From Macrostomum lignano (Eukaryota): DNA of 64,000 nucleotides. Shown one piece after another: positions 49,574-61,254 of this stretch. The stretch spans positions 1-64,000 of the forward strand of contig NIVC01002831.1 of the NCBI GenBank assembly GCA_002269645.1, written 5' to 3'. The stretch's first letter is position 1. Each line of letters opens with the position of its first letter. The notes under the pieces are model-generated. The model ran no database searches and was not told the origin of the DNA. It was given only the letters and a program-made list of their open reading frames with translations. The position numbers were made by a program, and so were the translations under genes.

Positions 49574-50941
49574 TTACCCCCCTCCAGAAAAACAATGCCC
49601 TCATTGTTACCGTTAAGAAAACTCTATACATACTACTTCAAAAATCTGCGTCAGTAGAACATTGAAAATTTCGATGTGCTTTGTCGCTAATACTCGTACG
49701 GTATGAAAGTGGGTACAGAAAAACAGTGATAATTTTACATTAAAAGTTGAGGAGACATGCATACCGAGTGTACCCTGAAGGAAGAAAAAAAATTCCTAGA
49801 GACGCAAGGTCGTCATGCTTGCAATACTAATACAGTTATAATCTTACTGACAGAGCCACCAGCACGACCGCATGGAAAGCAGAGGTACATTGGACACGGC
49901 GCGAGCGTTGATTCTGAACATCGATTTGCACAACAAGAATGCCGGCAAAAAGAGCAGGAAAAACTTTAAACCACTTCAAAAAATGTATTAAAGCTGATGA
50001 TTATGCATGATAGCACAACAAACCGAAACTGTCACGAGAACATCAATTCGAACGTATGCAACAGAACGCCGAAACGAATGCACAGACGACAAAATTCTAA
50101 TACTGACAGATGAAATGTTTAAGAGAAGCAAATTATTACGGTACTTGTCAACGAGTTAAATTATGCCTAAATTACGAACAATGAAATGATGAATGTTTTG
50201 AACGAAATAACAGTTTCAGACCATTACAGTTGCAGAAAGACGTGAACGATCGAAAATTACAGTACACCTCCGCGACAACAATTCGATAGCGAAAGCATAT
50301 GCAACAGATATTTTTTTAATGTTTTGTCACAATATTGGGGAAAATTAAAATGCAATAACAAAATAATATTTCTGTATTTTTTTTGAAAAAAATATGAACA
50401 ACTAAAAGTTCGACGGATAAAACGATTTCACAAATGCGCGAAGCAAAAATTCAAGCAATCGAGCACCCTGCAATTGAACAATAGGAACAGTGTAATAACA
50501 CGCAAAATTTACTATTTACCAAATACGAAAATTGCGTTATTAGGAAACAACCAGTCAGTATTTGAATCAAGTTGCGAATCTAATAGTGTTTAGCATGGCT
50601 TTATTAATATCAGTGTTAAAATGCTCGCAGTCTGTCTCCAGCACAATTATTGCACGGTAGTTAAGTGTAGTAGTCCATCAGTCCCTTAGGTAGTTATCCG
50701 TCAGTCCATCAAGTAGTAATTAGTCAGTCCAGTTACCAGTAGTCGATCAGACAGTAATTAGTAAGTCCAGTTACCAGTAGTCCATCATAATCAGATGATA
50801 GTTCTAGTTAGTCCAACGGATCAAATCCAATAGTTATTAGTAGATTAACCATGATTAGTTCCAGGAATTCACCATGAAGTGGCCACAAAGTAGTGATTGG
50901 TGCAATTACGCGCGAGATCTGTTTCTTAATGACAGTCGGTT

Positions 50942-53900
50942 CTACACAATGACCCATTCCTCTTCGACGCTTTCTTCTGGTTCTTGTTCTCTTTCGTCAG
51001 CCTCTTCGTCTTGCCACAACCCTTCTTGTCTACGCGGCTCAATGTAGCGTTTCATCTTCTCTACATTTACAATCTTTACTTTCTGATGTTCATCAATCGA
51101 CTTCACTTCATAGGTCAGGCTGGTCAACTTCCGGGTGACACGGAAAGGTCCAGTCCATGGAGCGTGGTGTTTGACAGACCAGCGAGGTTCACGCTGCCGT
51201 AGGACAGATGGTGGGATAAAAATCCAGACCAATGATCCAACCTTGAACCCTTTTTTCTTGGACTTTCTATCATAATATCTCTTCTGGCGGCGCTGTGCTA
51301 AATCAACAGACTCTCTCACAGCTTCAAATGCTTTCAGTAGAGACTCTTTCGTGGAGCTGGCGAAAGTTACAGCAGTGCTGGCCGGCTCAGCCAGTCGATA
51401 TACAATATCAAGAGGAAGCGTAACTTCTCGCCCAGTCATCAGGAAATGAGGCGTAAAGCCGGTGCTGCTGTGGACGGTGCTTCGATAGGCCAGAAGGCAA
51501 TGAGGAATAACATCTTGCCAGTCTTCGGGTTCCACCGTTTGCAGGTAGCATCGTAGCACGCTGTGCAATGTTCTATGGAATCTTTCTACAAGACCGTCAC
51601 ACTGAGGATGAAAATAGGTAGTGCGAGTTTTTTGAATGTCAAATATTTTGCAGAGACTCTTGATGACTTTGCCGTCCACGTTGCTACCCCGATCGGAGTG
51701 AATGATATGCGGTGCTCCCCATCTCGATATCCACACGTCGAATATTGCCTTCGCAACGGTGTTCGCTCGTTCGTCAGGAATTGGTATTAATTCGGCCCAC
51801 TTAGTGAAGTAGTCGACTATCGTAAGCAATCGATTATTGCCTTGCCTCGAGGTAGCCACTTTTACTATGTCGATTCCAATGCGATGCATAGGAAATCCTG
51901 TAGCTATCGGCTGCAGAGGGCCTCGAGTGATTGATGTTGGCCTAGATCTTTGACACGGAATGCATGACCTGACAAATAGTTCAACATCCAGGGCTAATTT
52001 TGGCCAGTAGGCACGCTTCTTGACAGATGTTCTTGTCTTTTCGACACTAAAGTGACCTAACTCATGAATTTCTTTAATGAAGCTTTCTCGTTTACACTGC
52101 GGCAGTACTAGAACAGGCTTAGTCTTGAATAAATAATGCATTACACCGTTAATGAAGCACAATTCGTCGGCTTTGGACATAAGGCTCAAACTTTCTGGTG
52201 ACATTCTATCTCGTTCTCCAGTTTCAAACGCTGTTTTTCCATTGGCTAGCTTCCGAAATACTGGTCCAATTCCTGGATCCTGTAACTGCAGTGCACGCAT
52301 ACTCGGCTCCTCTTCAGTCTCACTCTGCTCAGCTTCGTCTATTAACTCACTTTCGTCCTCGCTTTCGGATTTCCTTGGAACCAGCGTTTGTTTCCTTCTA
52401 GACAAAACAGCTGCGACAGTCTGATCTTCGTCAGTTTGACATTCTGCATCTGAAATTGCTTTGCTAGGTCGACAAGATTCGCACGGTCTTGTACACCTGC
52501 GTGATAAAGCGTCTGCGTTGGAATGCAGTTTACCTGGCCGGTAGAGTATCTCGAAGTTAAACTCCTGAAGAGATTCGATCCATCGAGCTAATTGGCCATT
52601 AGGTTCTTTGAACTGTAGTAAGTAGGTCAACGCCTGGTGATCTACCCTGATTGTAAACTTCTTTGGCGCTAGATATGACCTAAACTTTTTAACAAACTCG
52701 ACTACTGCTAGTAGTTCTCGGCGAGTCACGCAGTAATTCTTTTCGGCGGTGCTGAGCACTCGACTTCCATAGGCAATCACTTTTTCTTCGCCATTCTGTT
52801 GCTGTGATAAAACGCATCCTATGGCAAAGTCGCTAGCATCAGTATCTAGAACAAATTCGGAGTCTTCGCCTGTCATTATTGGCAATGCTAAGATAGGTGC
52901 CGATGTTAAGGCGGACTTAAGGCGAATGAAACTTTGCTCTGCCTCGTCGGTCCAGGTAAATTTCTTATCAGTTGTCAGCACTCTTAAGGGCTCGGAAATC
53001 TTTGAATAGTCTTTAATGAATCGTCTGTAATATGATGACAGGCCTAGAAAACTTCTAACATCTTTCTGATTCGTTGGTGTTGGCCATCTCTTAATAGAAT
53101 CAATCTTCTCATCGTCTACTGCTATTCCTTGAGGCGTTATCACATGACCTAAGATCTTAAGCGACTTGGCAGCAAAATTGCACTTACTAGGTTTAAGGCG
53201 AAGATTTGCTGCTCTTAATCGTTCAAAAACTTGTTTGAGTCTCTCGTTGTGAATATCTAACGTTTTACCCATAACAATAACATCATCGATGTAAGCTAAG
53301 CATGCTTCCCAATTTAAGCCTTGAAGGACCATCTGAATGAGTCTTTGAAAAGTTGATGGTGCATTGCGTAAGCCAAAGGGCATAACATTAAATTCAAAGA
53401 GTCCATGGTGACAGACAAATGCGGTTTTCTCGCGATCTTTTTCTTCCATTTCTACTTGCCAGTAGCCTGCTTGCAAGTCTAATGCAGAAAAGTAAACGTT
53501 ATTTGCTAAAGCATCTAGCATGTCGTCGATTCTTGGCACAGGGAATGCATCAGGTTTAGTTGCAGCATTCAGTTTTCTGAAATCAATGCAAAAACGAGAG
53601 CTTCCGTCCTTCTTTTTCACCAGAATGACAGGTGCAGCCCACGGTGATGTTGACGGCTGAATGACTTTATCATCAAGCATTTGTTGAATCAACTTCTGCT
53701 CCTTGATGGTTGGCAGTGCTGCTCTCCTTAATGTCTCTCTGACAGGCATTGCTGTGCCAGTATTTATCGAGTGTTTCAGTAAAGCAGTTCGACCAAGCTT
53801 GCCATCTCTTGAAAATATGTCGCTGTACTCATCTAGGATGTCACTAACAGATTTCCTTTCAGCTTCTGTGAGATCTGGAGAAATTTTGAATGTTTTCTCT

Positions 53901-54739
53901 GCATCTTCAGTCTCTTCTTTGCTACCAGACTCGGATTTATCTGCTACTTCTTCGACGACAATGCAGGTCTCTCCTCTGCAATCTAGAGGGGTGAAGGAAC
54001 CAACTAACGAACCTTTCTTGATGGTCAGGTCTCTGTTCGAGTTCGAGTTGATAATATTGATGTACATGCCTTCATTCTTTATTAAATCAACAGTTCTAGC
54101 AGCCAAGAGTCCTGGGATTCTTTTGTTCGACTGGACTAGTCCTGGTGCCATTGACTGAGTTGACATCTTTGGTGCAATGGAAATAGTTGCTGCTTGTCCT
54201 GGTTTTAGCTGGACAGTTTCAGTTGCGATGATCTTGCAGCTTCTCTGAACTTCTGTTGTTTTTCTAGTTGGGAAACTTCTGTTCTGATTATTAAATGTGA
54301 TCATGCCTTCTGCTGGATGGATAGATACATTGAAATTAGTAAAGAAATCACATCCTAGGATGACTGAATGCTGAATGTCTTTGCAGATGATGACTTCTTG
54401 CTGACAGACAATATCTCCAAAATTAAATTTGATTGTCATTTCTCCTAATACAGAAAGCTGTTTACCATTTGCAGCTTGTAATTTGACATTAGAAGCTCTT
54501 ACTAGGTACTTTGACTTGTTAATTAAACTTGAATTTATGATTGTAGCTGAAGCACCGGTATCTATTAGACATGGAATATTTTTGCCAAAGAATTTAGTAG
54601 AAACGTACATAACATTAGTTGACATACAGTTTACATTTACAGTTACTGGTTCTGGCACTTGGTCTTTCTCCTCAGAATTTGGGCCACTCAATGATGAGGC
54701 TGGGGTCTGGCCCCTGATCCAGCCTGTGTCAAGTTTGGG
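50942..54739 (-). CDS. pol: Pol of Gypsy 2, entered by -1 frameshift
   Basis: LIDTGA, YIDD, DTDAS RNase H, HHCC finger and D,D,E integrase; uninterrupted frame. Confidence 0.97.
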   Translation of the reverse strand, partial: PKLDTGWIRGQTPASSLSGPNSEEKDQVPEPVTVNVNCMSTNVMYVSTKFFGKNIPCLIDTGASATIINSSLINKSKYLVRASNVKLQAANGKQLSVLGEMTIKFNFGDIVCQQEVIICKDIQHSVILGCDFFTNFNVSIHPAEGMITFNNQNRSFPTRKTTEVQRSCKIIATETVQLKPGQAATISIAPKMSTQSMAPGLVQSNKRIPGLLAARTVDLIKNEGMYINIINSNSNRDLTIKKGSLVGSFTPLDCRGETCIVVEEVADKSESGSKEETEDAEKTFKISPDLTEAERKSVSDILDEYSDIFSRDGKLGRTALLKHSINTGTAMPVRETLRRAALPTIKEQKLIQQMLDDKVIQPSTSPWAAPVILVKKKDGSSRFCIDFRKLNAATKPDAFPVPRIDDMLDALANNVYFSALDLQAGYWQVEMEEKDREKTAFVCHHGLFEFNVMPFGLRNAPSTFQRLIQMVLQGLNWEACLAYIDDVIVMGKTLDIHNERLKQVFERLRAANLRLKPSKCNFAAKSLKILGHVITPQGIAVDDEKIDSIKRWPTPTNQKDVRSFLGLSSYYRRFIKDYSKISEPLRVLTTDKKFTWTDEAEQSFIRLKSALTSAPILALPIMTGEDSEFVLDTDASDFAIGCVLSQQQNGEEKVIAYGSRVLSTAEKNYCVTRRELLAVVEFVKKFRSYLAPKKFTIRVDHQALTYLLQFKEPNGQLARWIESLQEFNFEILYRPGKLHSNADALSRRCTRPCESCRPSKAISDAECQTDEDQTVAAVLSRRKQTLVPRKSESEDESELIDEAEQSETEEEPSMRALQLQDPGIGPVFRKLANGKTAFETGERDRMSPESLSLMSKADELCFINGVMHYLFKTKPVLVLPQCKRESFIKEIHELGHFSVEKTRTSVKKRAYWPKLALDVELFVRSCIPCQRSRPTSITRGPLQPIATGFPMHRIGIDIVKVATSRQGNNRLLTIVDYFTKWAELIPIPDERANTVAKAIFDVWISRWGAPHIIHSDRGSNVDGKVIKSLCKIFDIQKTRTTYFHPQCDGLVERFHRTLHSVLRCYLQTVEPEDWQDVIPHCLLAYRSTVHSSTGFTPHFLMTGREVTLPLDIVYRLAEPASTAVTFASSTKESLLKAFEAVRESVDLAQRRQKRYYDRKSKKKGFKVGSLVWIFIPPSVLRQREPRWSVKHHAPWTGPFRVTRKLTSLTYEVKSIDEHQKVKIVNVEKMKRYIEPRRQEGLWQDEEADEREQEPEESVEEEWVIV
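54681..54739 (-). promoter_or_regulatory. -1 ribosomal frameshift signal (C CCA AAC plus predicted H-type pseudoknot)
   Basis: Heptamer lies in the gag frame. After a 7-nt spacer, stem 1 is AGGCTGG/CCAGCCT and stem 2 is GGGCCA/TGGCCC. Confidence 0.78.
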
Positions 54740-55920
54740 CACACTCTTTGAACATGTCCAGGTTGACCACATCTGAAGCAAGTGATCTGTTGATACCTTG
54801 TTGCTTGCTGATTAGGATATTTCTGTTGTAGCTTAAAGTTGTTACTTGACGGCTGATTTGACTTTGGTTGGTTCTGCATAAATTTCTGCTGCTGGTAATA
54901 CTTTGGTTCTGGCTGGTTACCTTTTGGTGGTAATGATTGCTTATTTTGATGGCTTTCAGGCTGTACTAAGGAGACTTGCTGACTACTCACTGGTGCTTTT
55001 GCCAAGAGTTGCTGTGTCTCACGGACTTGTTGTGCAATCTGCAAGGCCTGTTCTGCTGTATCCAAGTTGGTGAGATTTGATAGATGCTCCATGACCTTGA
55101 GGTCATTGATGCCAGTTATGAACTGATCTAAGATCATGGTTTGCACAACTTCAGTAGCAATTGCATCTGGGTAGGCCTGGATAGCCAGGTTTTGTAAAGC
55201 AGTAAGAAATTGCTCAAATGTCTCTGTTGGTTTCCTAGATAGATTTCTAAGTTCACGGCGTAGAACAACATTGCTTTTCTCACCATGGCGGCCTCGGAGA
55301 AATTCTGTGCATTCCAAGAAAGTGACATTTGGAATATTTTCTAATGGAGTGTTGACAGGCACACCATGCGTTACATAAATAGTTGAGAGCCACGAGCGAT
55401 AAGTACAAAATGCTGATCCTAAGAATGCTGATAAAGTTTGAATTTTAATTGCTTCAGTTAAATTTGAAAACCTACTGATGTAGCTTTCAATCCGGCATAG
55501 GAAATCCGCAAAATTTTCTTTTCCATTAAATGGCATTGGCTTTGGAATTGGCGGCAATTGAATTTGCATAGCTTGGTACTTAGATTCAATAGGTTGCAAA
55601 AGATGACTAGCAACTGGTAAAGAGTTAATTGGATATTGATTAGGCCTTGAATAGTCTACCGGATTTGTAACAGAAATTGAATCACATTCTTGGTTTGTTT
55701 GAGTTACTATTTTAGGAGCTTCAACCTTGGATTTAATTGGCTGAGCACTGTTATTAGCACTTTTAGATGGACACAAGTGTTCAGTAGCAACTGATGATAA
55801 TGGCACTTGCTGACTATTTGCCTTGTTTTTAGTAGTAGACCTTGTCTTTGGTTTGCTAGTATTTGAAGCACTTTTTGTCTTTGTTAATTTGCCTGTAGGC
55901 ACTACTTTCTTTGGTGGCAT
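54688..55920 (-). CDS. gag: Gag of Gypsy 2 (410 aa)
   Basis: Capsid-like region and zinc knuckle CFRCGQPGHVQRVC. Confidence 0.93.
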   Translation of the reverse strand: MPPKKVVPTGKLTKTKSASNTSKPKTRSTTKNKANSQQVPLSSVATEHLCPSKSANNSAQPIKSKVEAPKIVTQTNQECDSISVTNPVDYSRPNQYPINSLPVASHLLQPIESKYQAMQIQLPPIPKPMPFNGKENFADFLCRIESYISRFSNLTEAIKIQTLSAFLGSAFCTYRSWLSTIYVTHGVPVNTPLENIPNVTFLECTEFLRGRHGEKSNVVLRRELRNLSRKPTETFEQFLTALQNLAIQAYPDAIATEVVQTMILDQFITGINDLKVMEHLSNLTNLDTAEQALQIAQQVRETQQLLAKAPVSSQQVSLVQPESHQNKQSLPPKGNQPEPKYYQQQKFMQNQPKSNQPSSNNFKLQQKYPNQQATRYQQITCFRCGQPGHVQRVCPNLTQAGSGARPQPHH

Positions 55921-56300
55921 TTTGGCAGCAATTAATCAATTGATGATGATGATACTGATAGGTCCTTATTGGTCTCAAGAAGTCTTTGAATAGTTAATAA
56001 TATAATTCTTTGATGCTAATGCCAAAGGTCTTATTTGTTGACATTTAATAATAATATGTTGATAGGACTAAATTTCAATGAGAACTAGTCAAACAAGATA
56101 ATTAATTTATAATAGCAATTAGGTCCAAATGAATATCAGTTCTTCAATAAGCAGATTGATATTATTGAAAATAGCTGACCAAAAATATTGTCAATTGTCT
56201 TTATGATCCATTAGGCATAGACAGTAGGCAGTAGGCAGAGTAGAATAGGCAATAATGAATATAATTGACTTGGCCGTAAATGTGCAGATCCAGCGTTTCT

Positions 56301-56318
56301 GTCCTGGCGTGGTCGCCA
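56301..56318 (-). promoter_or_regulatory. Primer-binding site, probably tRNA-Arg
   Basis: TGGCGACCACGCCAGGAC begins 1 nt after the 5' LTR and resembles the complement of a tRNA-Arg 3' end. Confidence 0.7.
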
Positions 56319-56319
56319 A

Positions 56320-56811
56320 TGTAAAATAAGTTTCTTGAAGTCAAAGAATTCAAAGAATCGCCTTATTTTCGTTGTGATGACAGATGAATGAACGAATGCC
56401 GAATGCGTTCTTGGCTTGTGGATGCAATGCGCCTTAATTCATTTCATTTATATATTTGTATTCGTATCTGAACAATCTATGTATAGTCAAGGTAATTAAG
56501 AATTTTCTAAATAATGTCTCTATCTATTATTGAATTAAAACTGGATCGCCTGGAACTCTGGAACGGCTATGCAACCCTACAACTACAACTACTACGGCGC
56601 GCAGGAGAACTAAAACCAAAACACAGCGCATTCGCGTTTGAAATACGATAGGAATTAGCATACAGTAAAACAATAGTAGTAAAGTACGTACAGTAAGAAT
56701 CGCGGAAATAGAAACTCACTACTGAATAAATACTAACTAAATAATATTCAAGAATGCCGGACACATCATAAAAAGTGCGGAGATTTAATTGATACATAAA
56801 AATACTTTACA
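56320..56811 (-). repeat. 5' LTR of Gypsy 2
   Basis: Appears identical to 49082-49573. Confidence 0.95.
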
Positions 56812-59605
56812 CTAAAGCATAGTGCATGCCCAGGTGCTTATGTGTGTGCTGCTATTTTCTGTTGGCTGCTACTCTAGCAAATAAATATATATAGAAGGGA
56901 GCCTAATACCTCTGTGGAAAGGGCCTATACACTCATAATTTATAATGCTTTAGAGATATTACAAAATTTCAATTTCAATTTTCCAAAAGTGGCTAAAAAA
57001 CTAATTTCTGCTGTATACACATGTATTTTGTTTTTTCATAAGCAGTAAATCAAAAGTAAAAAGTGAGTGTTGGTCATATTTAACTTTGTTTTTCTGAATT
57101 TTGATTTTGGAAGTTAATGTCCAAGTTAGTAGACTTGATTTTGTAAGAAATTTCAATTTCAACAGAAAGTGCTATTTTGGAATATCTCTAATAATGCTAA
57201 AGCACAGTAAAATAATTTGACTGTTTTGTAGTGTGCATCCGCAGGTTTTCAACATTTATTTTTATAGGGATTTTGGCTATTAGTCTTTTAAATAGCATTT
57301 TAAACTTTAGATATTTAGTTATTATTATTCAAATAAAAGTAGCCTATTCATTCAAATAGTCCATACTATATATTAGAGTCTAACCAAGCTTAGATGTTGG
57401 ATAAGTTGACTACTTGGTTGAGTTTTTGATAAGTTGAGTAGTTTAAGTAAAGTTCAATATCAAGTTTTTTAATCAATAAATAAGAATTGTGATTATTTTT
57501 AAATAATTAATTTCATAGCACATACTTTATACTGCATGCATGTTTTCATAGTTTTGTCTCTGTCATTGTTTTATAATGCTTAACAAATAATATAAGTTAA
57601 TACATACAAACTATTAAAAATTTTTTCAAAGTTCTAAGCTTCTAAGTACATGGATTGTTTCTCTCTTTAAACTTGAGACTTTTTCAGTTTTATATGCATA
57701 TTATATAAGTATTCAAAAAACTAATTGACAAGAATTTTTAGTCCAAAAGTTTGGTCAAGTCAAATAAAAAACTTCAGTTATTTGATTGACTCATTTGGGC
57801 TCAAATTGAGTATTTATTTGACTATACTATATATTCAACCTTTGAAATGTAGAAATTACTATTTTAGTTTTGACTGAAAATGCAATTTAGTTTTGAGACT
57901 TGTCTAGATAGGTGAAAATTATTTAATATGCTGCCTAATTTTGTTTTAATTTTTTGTTTGCAAAAATGCCAATGGTTAAATGAATTTTGGCAAATAAAAT
58001 TTTAGACTATTCAGTTATGAAATCTGTATATTTTTCTAAAAAATAGCAATGCAGGTAATCCTATTAGAAGAATTTTTCTTAATGATTAATGTTTTTAATG
58101 CTCAGCATGAAGCATATATAAGTTCTTTATATGTTTAGAATATTCTAAAATGCCTACTTTTTGTATTGTACTCATTTGTATTTGCATTGCATTTATAATG
58201 CTAGGCATTGTTTAAGATTAATTTTACAATTTAATAAATGATATATTTCATATTCTAAGTAATAATATATTAAGGTGCACATATACAATATGCTCTGACA
58301 CTATATTGCATATTGTAGCTTTCAGTTGTTGCTATATTTCAGCTGTTTCTAAGCATTTATATCCAATATTTAATATCTAGTAGTTAGTTTAGACTACAAA
58401 TAGATTAGCCAGTCAGGCATATATAGTATACTTAGTAAAACAGCTTTATACTTTTAGTTTAGTAGCAAAAAAGAATGCATAAGCTATTTCATAAGAAAAA
58501 AGGCAGCTGAAATTACTTTGATAAGTTTAGAAGCCTAAGCTTGTAGGCATTTAAACAACTAGCTAATTGATTCAGCAATAATGTGCAATAGCCAGTCCAT
58601 TAAAATGTGCATAATTGCTTTAGACTAGAATTCCAAGAAGGCAATAAAAATTGGGATGTGGAGGTATTGTGAAAAGGCACAGTTGGAGTGTTTAAGCTAG
58701 GGGGATTAAGAGCCAATAAATGAGCATTGGCCTAAAAATACATTGTAATGCTTTTGCTTAACTTACTACTGAACTGAGAGTGGTTTAAATGCAATGTGCT
58801 AAGTGGCCCATCTAGTTATTCTAGCATCTGTGGTTGGAACTTGGTTTTGTACCAATGTGAAACAATTATTAAATATTTAAAATTATTATTATTGTTAAAA
58901 ATAAATATTTTCAAGCTTAAGATGAGCTATTCATTGTTACCAATCCACAAATACCTTCTGCTTATGCAAGTCTCAACAACGCCAGCTGGTACCTTTCTAG
59001 GGCACCTAGCTAGAGGGGGAGCTGAAAATTCAGTCAAACAATGGTAGTCTGTCAACTGGGCCAAAGCAAAAAACCCAGGCGCCTATGATACAATATTGCA
59101 CAGTAAATCTTACCAGATAGCACATCCTATATACTAAAAATGAGTTGTCTGTATGTGGGTAGGTATGCGATAGATTTCAGAAAAAATGGCTCAACCGATT
59201 TTCTTCAAACTTGCACCATTCGATCAGAAATTTTCCTGGGACGGTACATGCATCCTGGCTAAAAAATTGCTCAATGATAAAGGGATTAAATATTCGAAAA
59301 ACATGCTTTTTTGCAAAGGTCAAGCAGCTCTTTCGACCTAAAATTCATTGTAAGAATGCTAGAGAAAAAAACTGACTGGCTGAATTCTGATTGTCATAAA
59401 GATTGCATCACAACAAGTTGAAAACAGTGCCGAAGAAATGCACACACGACTTGATTAAAATTGCGTAACCAATATTGCTAACTTGAACTGAGACTGATAC
59501 TGGCTGACTGAGAAATTGATTATGTCATAACTTTTTACCCCAATTGACTTGCTGTAAGAATTTAATTATAAGGGCCACAATTCATGTACTCCAATTGAAA
59601 AGAGA

Positions 59606-59658
59606 TAGCCTAGATACGAACAGACTGGACTGCCAACGTAGCGACCTGGGTTCGAATC
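59606..59658 (+). other. tRNA-derived (SINE-like) A/B-box segment inside Helitron family A
   Basis: TAGCCTAG...GGTTCGAATC; equivalent minus-strand copies at about 4560-4612 and 1593-1650. No full cloverleaf. Confidence 0.5.
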
Positions 59659-59739
59659 TTAGTAGTGCAAAATAATTTTTTTATAAAACACCTTGAAAAC
59701 ACGAAACTGCTAAACATAAAAAAGCACAATGTCAAACAT

Positions 59740-61250
59740 AAAAGAGGCACCATGTCAAACATTACATGGGCACCATGTAAAACAAATACGTGACTCTATG
59801 TCAAACATTAAAGAGCCACCATGTGAAACATTAAAGAGTCACCATTTCGAACATTAAAGAGCCACCACGTCGAACATTAAAGTGCCACCATGTCAAACGT
59901 AAAAGAGCCACCATGAAGAACATTAAAGAGCCACCATGCCAAACATAAAAGAGCCACTATGTCGAACATTAAAGAGCTAGCATGTCAAACATTAAAGAGC
60001 CACCATGTCGAACATTAAAGAGCCACCATTTCGAACATAAAAGAGCCGCCATGTAAAACATTAAAGAGCCACATTGTCAAACATAAAAGAGCCACCATGT
60101 AAGACATTTAAGAGCCATCATGTGAAACATTTAAGAGCCACCATGTCGAACATAAAAGAGCTACCATGTCAAACCTAAAAGAGCCACCATGTCAAACCTA
60201 AAAGAGCCACCATGTCGAACATAAAAGAGCTACCATGTCAAACCTAAAAGAGCCACCATGTCGAACATAAACGAACCTTTATGTCGTACATTAAAGAGCC
60301 ACCATGTCAAACATTAAAGAGCCACCATGTCAAACATTAAAGAGCCACCATGTCAAACATAAAAGAGCCACAATGTCAAACATAGAAGAGCCACAATGTC
60401 AGATATTAAAAAGCCACCGTATCAAACATAAAAGAGTTACCATGTAGAACAAAAAAGAGCCACCATGTCGAACATAAAAGAGCCACCATGTCAAGCATAA
60501 AAGAGCCACCATGTCAAACATTAAAGAGCCACCATGTCGAACATTAAAGAGCCACCATGTCAAGCATAAAAGAGCCACCATGTCAAACATTAAAGAGCCA
60601 TGTCAAACACTAAAGAGCCAACATGTCGAACATAAAAGAGCCACCATGTCAAACATTAAAGAGCCACCATGTCAGACATTAAAGAGCCACCATGTCAAAC
60701 ATAAAAGAGCCACCATGTCAAACATTAAAGAGCCACCATGTCAGACATTAAAGAGCCACTATGTCAAACATAAAAGAGCCACCATGTCAAACATTAAAGA
60801 GCCACCATATCGAACACTAAAGAGCCACCATGTCAAACATATGTGACTCCATGTCAAATATATACGTGACTCCATGTCACACATAAAAGAGCCACCATGT
60901 AAAACATATACATATGACTACATAACAAACATTAAACAGCCACCATGTCGAACATTAAAGAGCCATCATGTCAAACATAAAAGAGCCACCATGTCATAAA
61001 TTAAAGACCCACCATATCAAACATTAAAGAGCCACCATGTCAAACATTAAAGAGCCACCATGTCAAACATTAAAGAGCCACATGTCGAACATAAAAGAGC
61101 CACTTTGTCAAACATCTACGAGTCACCATGTCAAGCGTATACATGACTCCATTTCAGACATTAAAGTGCCACCATGTCAAACATAAAAGAGCCACCAGCT
61201 CAAACATTAAAGAGCCACCATGTCAGACACAAAACAGCTACCATGTCAAA
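59740..61250. repeat. 21-22-bp minisatellite (AAACATTAAAGAGCCACCATGTC-like)n
   Basis: Long tandem array inside Helitron A3. Confidence 0.95.
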
Positions 61251-61254
61251 CATA

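Larger units (their letters stand above)
49082..56811 (-). mobile_element. Full-length Ty3/Gypsy LTR retrotransposon 2
   Basis: 492-bp LTRs (49082-49573, 56320-56811) with TG...CA ends, CTAAA TSD at 49077-81 and 56812-16, PBS, PPT, intact gag and pol. Confidence 0.97.
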
